Source: Deltaproteobacteria bacterium (GTDB lineage Bacteria > JAGRBM01 > JAHCIT01). From it: 64,000 nt of DNA. Both the position numbers and the translations under genes were made by a program. Numbering within the stretch: the first letter of the stretch is position 1; each line of letters starts with the position of its first letter. The DNA is taken from the NCBI GenBank assembly GCA_026129095.1, contig JAHCIT010000002.1, positions 62,001 through 126,000 on the forward strand, given 5' to 3'. The notes under the pieces were generated by a model. That model searched no databases. It saw only the letters and a list, made by a program, of their open reading frames with translations, and was not told the DNA's origin. Positions 19,801-27,649 of the stretch are shown piece by piece.

Positions 19801-22800
19801 CCATCCGGATGCGGAACGAATCCTGAAAGTCGAGCAGTTCGCCGAGCAGCGGGAAGACGCGGGATATCTCGCCGGGGGTAATACGGTAGCCGCCGGTAAC
19901 TTCCCTGGTTGCCAGCAGTTCGGACAGGAACCGGGACACCCGGGAGGGATCGCCCTCGACCACCGGGCCGCCAGCACCGAAGTTGGCGCGGCTGTATGTC
20001 TGCTGAAGATCAGGGGTGTTCAGCGTCGTCAGCAGGTCATCGCCTGCCCCGTAATCCAGAAGAATCCGGACAACATCCAGTATCCCGGCAACAATCGATT
20101 CAGACGGCCGGTTCGGGTCCGGTCCCCGCAAAAGGTCCGAGACAAAGAGCGCGAATTTCGTCCGGGCGGGATTGAGTGCGAAGACGAGCGGATTGGATTG
20201 CGGCGTATCGTTGGGCCGTCCGAGCAGTTCCGCCAGATGCAGGTTCTGGTTGTACAGGACTCCGGAAACCGCGAGCTGATCCAGAAGCATTGTGTTCAGT
20301 TCAGTCGGATCGGACAAAAGCAGGGATAGCACCGGATTCTGGTTGATCAGGCCCAGCGCGCCCTGGGTTATCCGGCCTTCTGGCGTCTGGACAATGGTGA
20401 AATCCACTGCAAGCTGCGAATGGAGCCCCACCCGGTCATGGGCCGAGGCTGACAGGCGGTATGTGACCGGCTCGCCGGCATCGCACTGTCCGGAACCGTC
20501 GCCGGCGTTATCGTTGCAGGCGAAATCGCATCGGACCGGGATTGCCGGCTGGATGGCACCACTGCCGTCGAGGTATGCCGCCTGGATCAGGCCGATGTTG
20601 GTCGTGGAGCGGACACGGAACTGATCCAGCCCCGGCAACGACGCATTGCAGAGATAGGCCGCACCCGGAGCGTCGTCTGCGTCGTCCAGATTGGCCGATC
20701 GGTCGGCCCCAGCCACAACCGTATCGAAGGGGGCGGTGTCGTTACCGTAATAAACGACAAACTGCTCTCGTGCGGGCTCGTCCGGCGGAACCGGCCCACC
20801 CTCTCCGCTTTCATCAAGCCGCTGGAATGCAACGGTCGTCGCGGGAACCGTCGGCAGGCCGCCCACCAGTCCGCCAAAGAACATGGACTGGTCGGTAAAC
20901 AGGACTGCTGGTGAGGCATGGAAGGTTTCGAATCCGGAAAGCACCCCATTCACCACGATTGCCGGCGGGCGGGTATCGCGGAGAACGGAGTAGGCCCGCT
21001 GGGTGTTGACACCATCATCGTCAACAACGGTGAAATGGTATGTATTGAGCCCTTCCTGGGGTACCGGCAGCGGCTCCGACTGCCAGCGATATCCGAGAAT
21101 CGCCGTCATCCCCGCCGCGTCAGCCGGAAGCACCCTGTCGAGCGCGACGTTCGTGCCGGTACAGATGGCTGGATCGGCAAGATCCGGCGGCACAGGCGGC
21201 GGGACCGGGAAGGTGTCGCAGGATACCACCCGGAACAGCCCGACGTTGGCCGCCTGGCTGGGACTCAGGCTGGATAGCGTAACAGCATCGCCCACCCGGA
21301 GATCCGTTTCGGGAACAGGCAGCGGATCAAGATGAATGATATTGCTGCCATTTCCGCCGGAGGGGCTCACCAGGAACGCATCTCCACTGCCCACCTGCAC
21401 ACCCAGGATACGCACCTGCGAGATATCACCGTTGATGGAGATCGCCGGCGGCAGCGCCTTGCGGGTGATCGCCCTGCCCTCGAAGGTCACGGTCGCCGCC
21501 CCCACCAGCCGCCGCTCAAGGGCCAGGTCCGCCGCAGTGATCACGGCGCCGGAAGGAATCGCGCCGAAGTTACTGGTCTGGCCTGCGTTATTGTATTCGC
21601 CCGCATCACCGAAACGGGGGCCGCGGGCTCCGGCCGCCGCATATGCGTTGCCGCGCAGGTTCACCGGCGAGTTCGGATTGTTCGAGAACTCATCGTCCCC
21701 GCACCGGATATCACGCGGGCCGTACGGCACCACGGCCGGTACCGGAGCGCCGCTGGCGTCCAGCGGACGGTTGTCCACGAAGCAGTCAATGGTGAAATAG
21801 GGCGGAAGCGGCTGCGGCGTCTGCACGAACAGGGTCACCTGCGCGGGATTTCCCGCCAGGTCAACAGCCCGGATGACGAGCCGGCTCTCGCCCGGCGGCA
21901 GGTTGAAACTCATGGAGAAAGCGCCTGTGCCCGGCAGTCCCAGCCCGGTGGGGCCCATGAAAATATCCACCGGAACCCCGTCAATGGTGACATCCATATC
22001 GCGGATGCCGACGCCCAGGGGACCATCATCGGCAAAGCCCCGCAACTCGAATCCCTGCTGGTTCAGCGACAGGTGGCCGATGCCATTCACGTCCAGCGCC
22101 ACCGGAATTCCGCCTCCCGGCAGGTTGCAGGGGTTCTGCGAGTTGAGAGGTGCGCCGCTCGTCGGCACGCACAGTCCGTATATCGCCGGCGGCCTGGGGT
22201 CATAGTGAATCAGGGATCGCTGGTTTTCAGGCAGGTTCTGGAGATGAAGCCGTGATTCGGCCCGGACATACAGGGTATTCAGGCCTTCGGTCAGTTCGAT
22301 CGCATTCAGAACGAACGATCCGTCGGGGAACTGGAACGCCTGCTTGCCGCCTACCGTGATACCGGTGGTGTTCACATCGCCGGAAAACACGTCGGCAACC
22401 ACGAAGGCGGCCGGGTCCGAAACAAAGCCGGACATTGACGTTGAGGGATAGGTGGTGACCAGCTTGCGCGCTGGTCCGGGAAACGAATTGGCCAGCACCG
22501 CAAACGAGACATTACTCTGCGGCTGGATGGCGCTTCCGTCGGAGGTTCGTATCTGAAGCACTCCCGGCGAACCGATGGACGCCTCGGCAGTCACCACGAA
22601 CATCTTGCCGTCGTTGGCGCCGGGCGCGCCCTGGTACTCGCCGGTCACGATCAGGTCGTTGGCACTGACGCGAACATCCTCGAAACCGCCGAACCCGGCC
22701 GGCTCCACGTCCACGGCGAAACGCAGGGACGCTGAAGCGAGCGTGCCGGTCGAGGCCCCTGCCCAGTTCGGAACGATGATACCGTCGCTCCCGTCGAACC

Positions 22801-25800
22801 AGACCGGATTGCGGAGACGGACAAACGGCCTCGTGGTCACCAGCGGAATACCAACACCATCCACATCGAATGCGCCGGCCAGGTTGTTCCGGAATGCAAG
22901 ATACGAGATATCGATGATTTTCAGCGGGTCGACGGCACCCAGGAAATGGTAGACACTGAACTGGTTCCAGTTCCGGTCGAGCAGCGCCGGAACCGTTCCG
23001 TGAACAACGTAACTGTTGTCGCCCGGCGTAGGGAGCAGAAGATTGCGTTCGACGAGGGCGACCCGCGCTCCCGGCGGCGGTACCGATGCGACCGTGATGG
23101 TGCTGGCTCCGTTGAAACCTGTCAGCACAACCGCCGTCCCGGCCCCGATGCCGTCGAAAACATACAGGAACGAGGGATTGGCCGGCCTCGTTGCTGTCGT
23201 ATGAACGAGTGAAGCGTAAGTCGGCTCCAGGAACGTGACATCCATAGTTCCGGGGACAATACCGGGACGGAAATTTCCGGCCGCACCGACCGTGCCGATC
23301 GCAATGATCCGGCCTGCATGATCCACATCGTCGCCAATGGTGCCGGAGACAAACAGCCCGGTCCCGAGCACTCCATCACGAATCACACCATCGTCGAGAT
23401 CAATATCCACGAGCGACTGGGTGGATGGCAGGCGGGTCACGGTGACGTTGGCCAGTACGGCCCGCCCGTTCTGGTCAAGGGCGACGGCCTGGATGACATT
23501 TTCGCCGATATCGACCGGCAGCTCACGCAGAACGAACCGGCCCGTCTTGTCGACCTGGACGGCCCGGCCATTCACCACGACTTTCAGGGTTTCCGTATTG
23601 CGGAGCAAACGCCCCGTGACATCCACCACTGCTCCGGCAGTCACGTAGCCATCTGGCGGCGAGACGATTTCGATTCCTGTCCGGCTGGGGGAGAGCACCC
23701 GGAAGTTCCGGCGCAGCCCCGATTCGGTACGGCGTGGGTCCAGGAACAGCGGCACCGGCTGGGCGGTCGGGACCATCACGCCGCTACCCGCGGAACCGGC
23801 AGGAAGGGCGGACCGGAACAGCCGCGAAGCCTGAGTATGCGCCCGCACAGCCGCGACGAGCTCCGCCGCGGTCGTCACCACTTCCCCTGTCGCATCGGTT
23901 GCCAGGCTCACGGTAAGCTGGTTCACCAGCTGATTGACACCGAGCGGCGATGACGGCACGGCAGGAGCCATCAGGAACACAGACAGCGGCAGGCCCGACA
24001 CGCCTTCAGCGACGGACGAGAAGTCCACCGCGGCATTGGCAGACCGAAGCACCAGCGTATCGCCATTGGCAGGGGCGGCCGGAAGCGGAGGATGAACCGT
24101 GAGAATCTGGGCCGCGCCGTCATAGTCCACCACGACGCGTGTCTGCCCGCTATTCGCTCCCGTACTGAATGTGACCCGTGCATCCACGTAGAAGTCATCA
24201 ATCGCCGAAACCGGTCCCGTCACCGAGAACGCCGCCGCGGTTGGCGCGACTGTGCTGTTCACCGACAGTCCACCAATTTCGATCACATCACCAACCCGTG
24301 CCGAGGCGAACCGTTCCGTGCCGGTGCCTGAACTGCCGTGACCGCCGGTGACATTCACGTTGACCGGCTCAGCGCCCGGCTGGGACAGGCGGGCAACGGC
24401 GAGAGCGCCCTGGGTTGCACGCGAATGGCATCCCGCCGACCCGGGACAAATGAATGCATTGGCTCCGTCCACGAGCGGCTGCGGCCCAATGGCCAGCACC
24501 GCGCCAAGGCCGCTGTTCGACGAGCCCACGCCGGCATGGGTATCCGGAGCCGTGAGCGTTGCCACAACCAGCGCGGATGCCGCAGCCGACCTGTTCACTG
24601 CCCGTACGATATCGCGGGCCGTCGAGGTAATGACGCTGGCACCGTTGGTTACCGGTGCCACCGAGATATCCGAGCCCGTGACCGTGACCTGAATGGACGG
24701 ATTCGACGGGCCAGGGTTTGTGATCGCAAAGGTGATGGGCGACGCGGGTAATCCCGGCTGGCGGGCGACAAGCGTCAGCTTGTTCCCTGCACCAGGGCCA
24801 CCACCCGGATCCACATCCAGCCGGACCGGAAGCGCTGGAGCAAGCTGGCTGATCTCGCCCGCTGCATTGGTCACCAGATCGCTGACGACGAAACCCAGGT
24901 TCCGGTCGATCCGGAGCTCAAAGGCCGGAAAGTCGATCACTGCCGTTCCCTTCGGCGGCCGGACGCCATCCATCAGGAACGAATTGGAGACGTAGTCGAT
25001 ATCCCGTATCTGGCCCGTGACCGGAGCATCGAACAGGAACGAGGCGACCGTTACCTGATCCCCCCGGCGGACCGGATATCCGTCACGGGGGTTTGACAGG
25101 TCCACTCCATACACCGTGATACGGCCGGATGTGTCGATGACCAGCCTCGAAGCGGCGTCGGTCACGGAAAGCGGACATCTTCCGGCCGCCGCAGCAGCGC
25201 AGATGACACCTTCGGTTATGAATCCGAGCGGTGCGGCCAGCCGCACAGCAGTCTGGCCGGCCGAGCAGATCGTCGAGGGACTTGCTTCCACGGCCATCAC
25301 GCGGCGGCGCTCGGCCAGAACATCATCACCCACGCAGTAAGGATCGGCCGGGGCGGGATGGACCGGAAGCAGCGAGGCTCGAACCAGCACCGAAGCCTGT
25401 GCATGGAAGCTGATCGCCTGAACCACGTCCCGGACCGTGGACACGATACTCCCCGCCGCGTTCGAGCCGAGCGTCACCGAAACGAGCGTTCCGAACACGG
25501 AAACCGTCAGCGGGATATTCGCGCCCGGGGGGTCCAGGATTTCCAGCGACAGTGTGTTTCCGACTGCGCCCGGCTGCATGGCGGTCACGAGAAGTCCGTT
25601 ATCGGGACCGGGAAGATCCACCTCCAGCCGGGCGGACCGGCCCGGTGCTCCGCCGCTGAGGCTGGCCGCCGTGAGAGCAGCAGCCAGCCCGTCGCCGGTG
25701 TTCCGGCCGGTGTTGCAGGACGGATCGCCAAGGATGGTGATCAGGTTCTCGCGGAGCGTCTCCGTGGCGCGGAGTTCAGGGTACACTCCTTCCCGGGTAC

Positions 25801-27421
25801 CGGGGAGGCAAATCGTGTCGGCAAATTCGGGATACGGCGCCAGAAACCGGGATGCGCCCGCCGGAGCTGATACGGGCCGGCCATCCGGAGACACTTCATA
25901 AAGGCGGGCTTCAAAACCCGGGAGCGGCGGCGCCGGAAGATTCAGGTTTCGCGGCACGTTGACCGGCGTAAACGGCTGGCTCTCCCCGCTGATGAGCCGC
26001 ACCGGCACCGGCGGAGACAGTCGCCCCAGGCTCAGTTCCGGGAGCACGAATTCGGACACCTTGAACGTGTGACCTTCCCCCGGCGTCAGGACGGCCAGAG
26101 AAACATCCGCGTGGAATGAATCGGGGAGTTTCAGCCGGACCATCGGCTGCGTCACATTGCCCGCCGGATCCTGGATTCGGATCGAAACCGAGTTGGTGCC
26201 GGAGCTATACGGGACAGGCCGGCCAAATCTGTCGTTGAACGGCGGGATGGAGAAGCTGCCGTCAGTGTCGACGAAGAAGCTCTGATCCGGAAGCCCCGTA
26301 TCCACGTAGGTAGCCCGCACCACCGAGCCGGGCGTGGTAAAGCCCTTGATCTCTTCCAGGGGATTACCGACCGGAGCGTCGAAAGCCCCATCGAAAAAGT
26401 TCCGTGTGGCTGCCGGCGAAACCAGCCCGAATACCGGCTTCTTCGTGAGCACCTCGAAGTTCAGGATCGAGCGCGTCACGTTGCCGGCCCGGTCGGTGAA
26501 CAGGATATCCAGCGAATGCACACCCTCGGTAAAGGAAAAGTTGGGCATGCTGAACAGCTGGCCGCGGTTCAGGAACCGGACGTTGGCTCCGGTTTCCGGA
26601 TCGATGTAGGCGATCGTGTTGAACGGCTCGTCCGACGTTCCGAACACGTTCACGATCGGAGTGTTCAGGATCTTGTCATGAACCGTGCTGAAGTAGGTGA
26701 TGACCGGAGACCGGGTGTCGAAGACAAACTCCACCTCGGCGGCAGTCGTAAATCCCTCGCTGTTTGAGGCCTCCAGCGTGACCGTGTTCGTCCCCTCGTT
26801 GAACGGGACATCGGGGAAACTGAACCGGCCGATCTCGTCAGCCACAGCCGTCCGGATCACCGAACTGTTGCTCACGCGCAACGTCACCTCCAGGCCTGGC
26901 TCCGTGAAACCCTCGACCGGAAGCTTCCCGTCGTCCGGAGCCGAACCGGACCGGTCGTTGACGCGGTTGCTGGTTTCCAGGGAGAACGCGACGCCCTGAC
27001 GATCAACCGGTATTCCGGTCAGGCGGTAGAAGCCGCTGTCCTCGCGGGAACGCACGCTCCGCTCCCCTCCGGCGAAAGCGATCCGGACGTCCACATCCCC
27101 CAGTGTGTTGCCGCTCATGTTGACGAGTGTCGAAGCGCGGACCTGCACCGCGCGGTCTTCGGGAAAATCAAACCGGAACGGGCTGGTGAGCGTGAGGGGC
27201 ACAACGGTCGTCGGAGCCAGAGAGGCGGACCCGATCTCGGTCGCCGTGCAGGAGAGCATGGCCGTCGCGAGGCACAACACCGCCGTCCGCAGGAAAATGC
27301 GGAAGCCACCGGTTCCGCCTGTGCGGACCGGACAGACGCGCCCCCGGCGAGCGTGTGTCTTAATGCGAATCACGTCGCTGTTTCGTTCGTTCCAGGCCCG
27401 CACGGCCGTCCGGAAAACCAC
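13850..27421 (-). CDS. Giant lipoprotein paralog B (~4500 aa) with Ig-like repeats at the N-terminus; true start uncertain (possibly GTG near 27373)
   Basis: 4523-aa ORF. Hydrophobic stretch with lipobox AMLSC. Ig-like motifs EGTNTVTLEASN, EGVHSLDILFTDRAGN and GESRLVIRAVDLAGN. C-terminal ~2600 aa are collinear with paralogs A and C. Confidence 0.93.
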   Translation of the reverse strand: MVFRTAVRAWNERNSDVIRIKTHARRGRVCPVRTGGTGGFRIFLRTAVLCLATAMLSCTATEIGSASLAPTTVVPLTLTSPFRFDFPEDRAVQVRASTLVNMSGNTLGDVDVRIAFAGGERSVRSREDSGFYRLTGIPVDRQGVAFSLETSNRVNDRSGSAPDDGKLPVEGFTEPGLEVTLRVSNSSVIRTAVADEIGRFSFPDVPFNEGTNTVTLEASNSEGFTTAAEVEFVFDTRSPVITYFSTVHDKILNTPIVNVFGTSDEPFNTIAYIDPETGANVRFLNRGQLFSMPNFSFTEGVHSLDILFTDRAGNVTRSILNFEVLTKKPVFGLVSPAATRNFFDGAFDAPVGNPLEEIKGFTTPGSVVRATYVDTGLPDQSFFVDTDGSFSIPPFNDRFGRPVPYSSGTNSVSIRIQDPAGNVTQPMVRLKLPDSFHADVSLAVLTPGEGHTFKVSEFVLPELSLGRLSPPVPVRLISGESQPFTPVNVPRNLNLPAPPLPGFEARLYEVSPDGRPVSAPAGASRFLAPYPEFADTICLPGTREGVYPELRATETLRENLITILGDPSCNTGRNTGDGLAAALTAASLSGGAPGRSARLEVDLPGPDNGLLVTAMQPGAVGNTLSLEILDPPGANIPLTVSVFGTLVSVTLGSNAAGSIVSTVRDVVQAISFHAQASVLVRASLLPVHPAPADPYCVGDDVLAERRRVMAVEASPSTICSAGQTAVRLAAPLGFITEGVICAAAAAGRCPLSVTDAASRLVIDTSGRITVYGVDLSNPRDGYPVRRGDQVTVASFLFDAPVTGQIRDIDYVSNSFLMDGVRPPKGTAVIDFPAFELRIDRNLGFVVSDLVTNAAGEISQLAPALPVRLDVDPGGGPGAGNKLTLVARQPGLPASPITFAITNPGPSNPSIQVTVTGSDISVAPVTNGASVITSTARDIVRAVNRSAAASALVVATLTAPDTHAGVGSSNSGLGAVLAIGPQPLVDGANAFICPGSAGCHSRATQGALAVARLSQPGAEPVNVNVTGGHGSSGTGTERFASARVGDVIEIGGLSVNSTVAPTAAAFSVTGPVSAIDDFYVDARVTFSTGANSGQTRVVVDYDGAAQILTVHPPLPAAPANGDTLVLRSANAAVDFSSVAEGVSGLPLSVFLMAPAVPSSPLGVNQLVNQLTVSLATDATGEVVTTAAELVAAVRAHTQASRLFRSALPAGSAGSGVMVPTAQPVPLFLDPRRTESGLRRNFRVLSPSRTGIEIVSPPDGYVTAGAVVDVTGRLLRNTETLKVVVNGRAVQVDKTGRFVLRELPVDIGENVIQAVALDQNGRAVLANVTVTRLPSTQSLVDIDLDDGVIRDGVLGTGLFVSGTIGDDVDHAGRIIAIGTVGAAGNFRPGIVPGTMDVTFLEPTYASLVHTTATRPANPSFLYVFDGIGAGTAVVLTGFNGASTITVASVPPPGARVALVERNLLLPTPGDNSYVVHGTVPALLDRNWNQFSVYHFLGAVDPLKIIDISYLAFRNNLAGAFDVDGVGIPLVTTRPFVRLRNPVWFDGSDGIIVPNWAGASTGTLASASLRFAVDVEPAGFGGFEDVRVSANDLIVTGEYQGAPGANDGKMFVVTAEASIGSPGVLQIRTSDGSAIQPQSNVSFAVLANSFPGPARKLVTTYPSTSMSGFVSDPAAFVVADVFSGDVNTTGITVGGKQAFQFPDGSFVLNAIELTEGLNTLYVRAESRLHLQNLPENQRSLIHYDPRPPAIYGLCVPTSGAPLNSQNPCNLPGGGIPVALDVNGIGHLSLNQQGFELRGFADDGPLGVGIRDMDVTIDGVPVDIFMGPTGLGLPGTGAFSMSFNLPPGESRLVIRAVDLAGNPAQVTLFVQTPQPLPPYFTIDCFVDNRPLDASGAPVPAVVPYGPRDIRCGDDEFSNNPNSPVNLRGNAYAAAGARGPRFGDAGEYNNAGQTSNFGAIPSGAVITAADLALERRLVGAATVTFEGRAITRKALPPAISINGDISQVRILGVQVGSGDAFLVSPSGGNGSNIIHLDPLPVPETDLRVGDAVTLSSLSPSQAANVGLFRVVSCDTFPVPPPVPPDLADPAICTGTNVALDRVLPADAAGMTAILGYRWQSEPLPVPQEGLNTYHFTVVDDDGVNTQRAYSVLRDTRPPAIVVNGVLSGFETFHASPAVLFTDQSMFFGGLVGGLPTVPATTVAFQRLDESGEGGPVPPDEPAREQFVVYYGNDTAPFDTVVAGADRSANLDDADDAPGAAYLCNASLPGLDQFRVRSTTNIGLIQAAYLDGSGAIQPAIPVRCDFACNDNAGDGSGQCDAGEPVTYRLSASAHDRVGLHSQLAVDFTIVQTPEGRITQGALGLINQNPVLSLLLSDPTELNTMLLDQLAVSGVLYNQNLHLAELLGRPNDTPQSNPLVFALNPARTKFALFVSDLLRGPDPNRPSESIVAGILDVVRILLDYGAGDDLLTTLNTPDLQQTYSRANFGAGGPVVEGDPSRVSRFLSELLATREVTGGYRITPGEISRVFPLLGELLDFQDSFRIRMDTVNPLDPRRTDNRISGTDLVISAADHCTLTTSVPDGFQPSPIVGSESNVQPGDRVTVLSGACTGTSRAVLEVIDSQTLETSCAPYPPVPPGIIDPDTFIWPDGNAPFNVDCAAASACGGAGCAFAITPPPARAFVPVLELADLLSYANKDGRDALGASSISDGVLTGGENDLLQAVLHLAEEQFLVAAGDLSVICDEGITCPNDPENPAHREAFADSASFQALNDLLYQLSDDENQDNGVEFVPQALELARFMLGDYDREAINPMVPEGTTRAQALLFLARDLLDNAPSTGGMLAEPVLTRSPNPWAAGDGPLVSGSRRQNTRLNLLLRSGWFLSQPMNFAATYDYTPRDGTPEAVLFSAVPALIPVLWQIADDPDDNARGIGFAPGTFPERSPGEKLMGPLSLILRDDRLEDLLLALADLLDPGTGVSDLTAFADNGGRDLGRAAACAGNDCVYTYPFTVPEQANPYVSTPPLIRVLTQVSAMRLDANRNERIDAGDQTAMDAAAGALNALFRHIGVRLELNDPLLDNNLDPVHGVVHTNACNESYFNGDAPIELILTRLAPMLGPVTIDPREKSIHDHVTTSDPVPGNINRSQVRIILDALFDDPDVDEPSLPDDIDDYPANPLQLLSYPADPFPDPVEGNRGANGGDGLAVSRRTLDQLPEALNVMARFGFDENDRLMSIFAYCTDVDAGCPKNKGYPFPFAQERLLSNLRRLNDIAFQFDGPFQVGSGVTGILRFEQSLLREALKTIARMSKREAIDYIVLLVSRISDDIEPINGSTTALTPEDIAKGAAAARVFADPDNDGDPLPDGLLGDLIPLAQALSATGATDQLVDILRAVRGCGIVEPEESILHQLKDIRGGELLYAQEDLILSLLDPQSGAESGLCPAEAAGLDGRGNRGGALDSNPLVLEDSDESAPGIQPRSPVNAGVAAAGDRLRLTGTGRAFAGNWASTFASTVAGAPLAGQFDGTGLSGDLTGSLVTFTTGVLAGQTSVISGFSAPTINVSPVFGAAPAPGDGFLITGPNADLRDLGVGPGASLCVVIRHADEPGGYLESCAGIVGRPLPRSGEVEFNDLVGLTAFMAARCDQTNLPTDECSFRIRQLREPFNGCLAGDRVGPSPALGFGAGLGMTLGAFSPIALEVRGTVESSGGPGSFAGDRNFSALNDGAYTGGTMRFGNEVQPITGYAAATRTFTTAPFAVPPGAGDTVVVNRPVLFPNTWRDGLLDLMLRSMADLGAGLNQVDLAAGACAGLNTPGFTVADEQNCYSAMDRIEQLLYLSITQDESGQPAFATKLLLGGEAFDFVGETPVQALLNDENARQAIGNLLQIQGLSTLSANDPVPGLVQDGRDSYPCNQGPDCDFSQTDWTRPFEGNAVNDGTDFALLAAEGLLRVLGTRNGQDGIPRANNNPASSLFRFTDDPAVLFELTALLIDGGFPQRLLPGIQIAAETFDSVPQFDSTLVNRVRDLESLVVDNNNPRFNSDVLAAVSRRVSASVNGDETGSIWPPASYPDGTETTATVPTGQSAVTYGATDAPDVSEGAVQVLARTAKLALDEWHAGVGKRRSRVVSTERIAAHLLGVGPTPRDNTLARALTLVRYITEDHDIATAGHDRNLDIIAPVLAVNREAYQPGNNRSPNDTGADLVALWLEDPTDCDRADQADPAGASLGTQRGVFQAGRVGCVAGSYDAIFDDDDQPTVTSQSERMLDYALHQQLFERLRPLIAGPADTNLELGLPFLARVVADSSRPIVDRDGFEFIEYTKGVAIIDALFSDIKYLIPDAAEDRLDPILSDDINRNGQVSDTGLQGTGRSALTPARYSVFDDFGLVGNLQESEQNYAIVAGKLVNLNDNIVYDCSPPPGAAGSDPLVHCTNVTGAPLAAGGGYPDRRFRIGFTAADGVVTMGNIQGLNAATLDGFADLIASGHLGRSVNNQLPRTYSVRRFSAENREIDQYTQRVLSAGGPVSGDLLLLLEGLGELLLNTNF

Positions 27422-27581
27422 TTCAGCCCGGCAAACAGGGCGGGAAACGGACCGTTGAATCCGTCACCACGCCACACGCTCGCCCGGCTACAAGCAGCCG
27501 CACGGTCTTGCGGGTCTTGCAGGCTAGAATACCCTGAAACTCCGGGGGTTTGGGCAACCGGAAGGACACACTTAACCAAGT

Positions 27582-27622
27582 TTTACGGGCCGCCAGCCGC
27601 TATCCGGCTGACGGCCCGCAAA
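27582..27622 (-). terminator. Strong ~18-bp hairpin between giant genes C and B (terminator/attenuator or mRNA stabiliser)
   Basis: Minus strand reads TTTGCGGGCCGTCAGCCG-GATAG-CGGCTGGCGGCCCGTAAA. Both mismatches are G-U pairs in the sense transcript. It lies ~28 nt after the gene C stop and has no clear U-tract. Confidence 0.55.
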
Positions 27623-27649
27623 TGGCCATTACAGTGATGACGCGATGCG

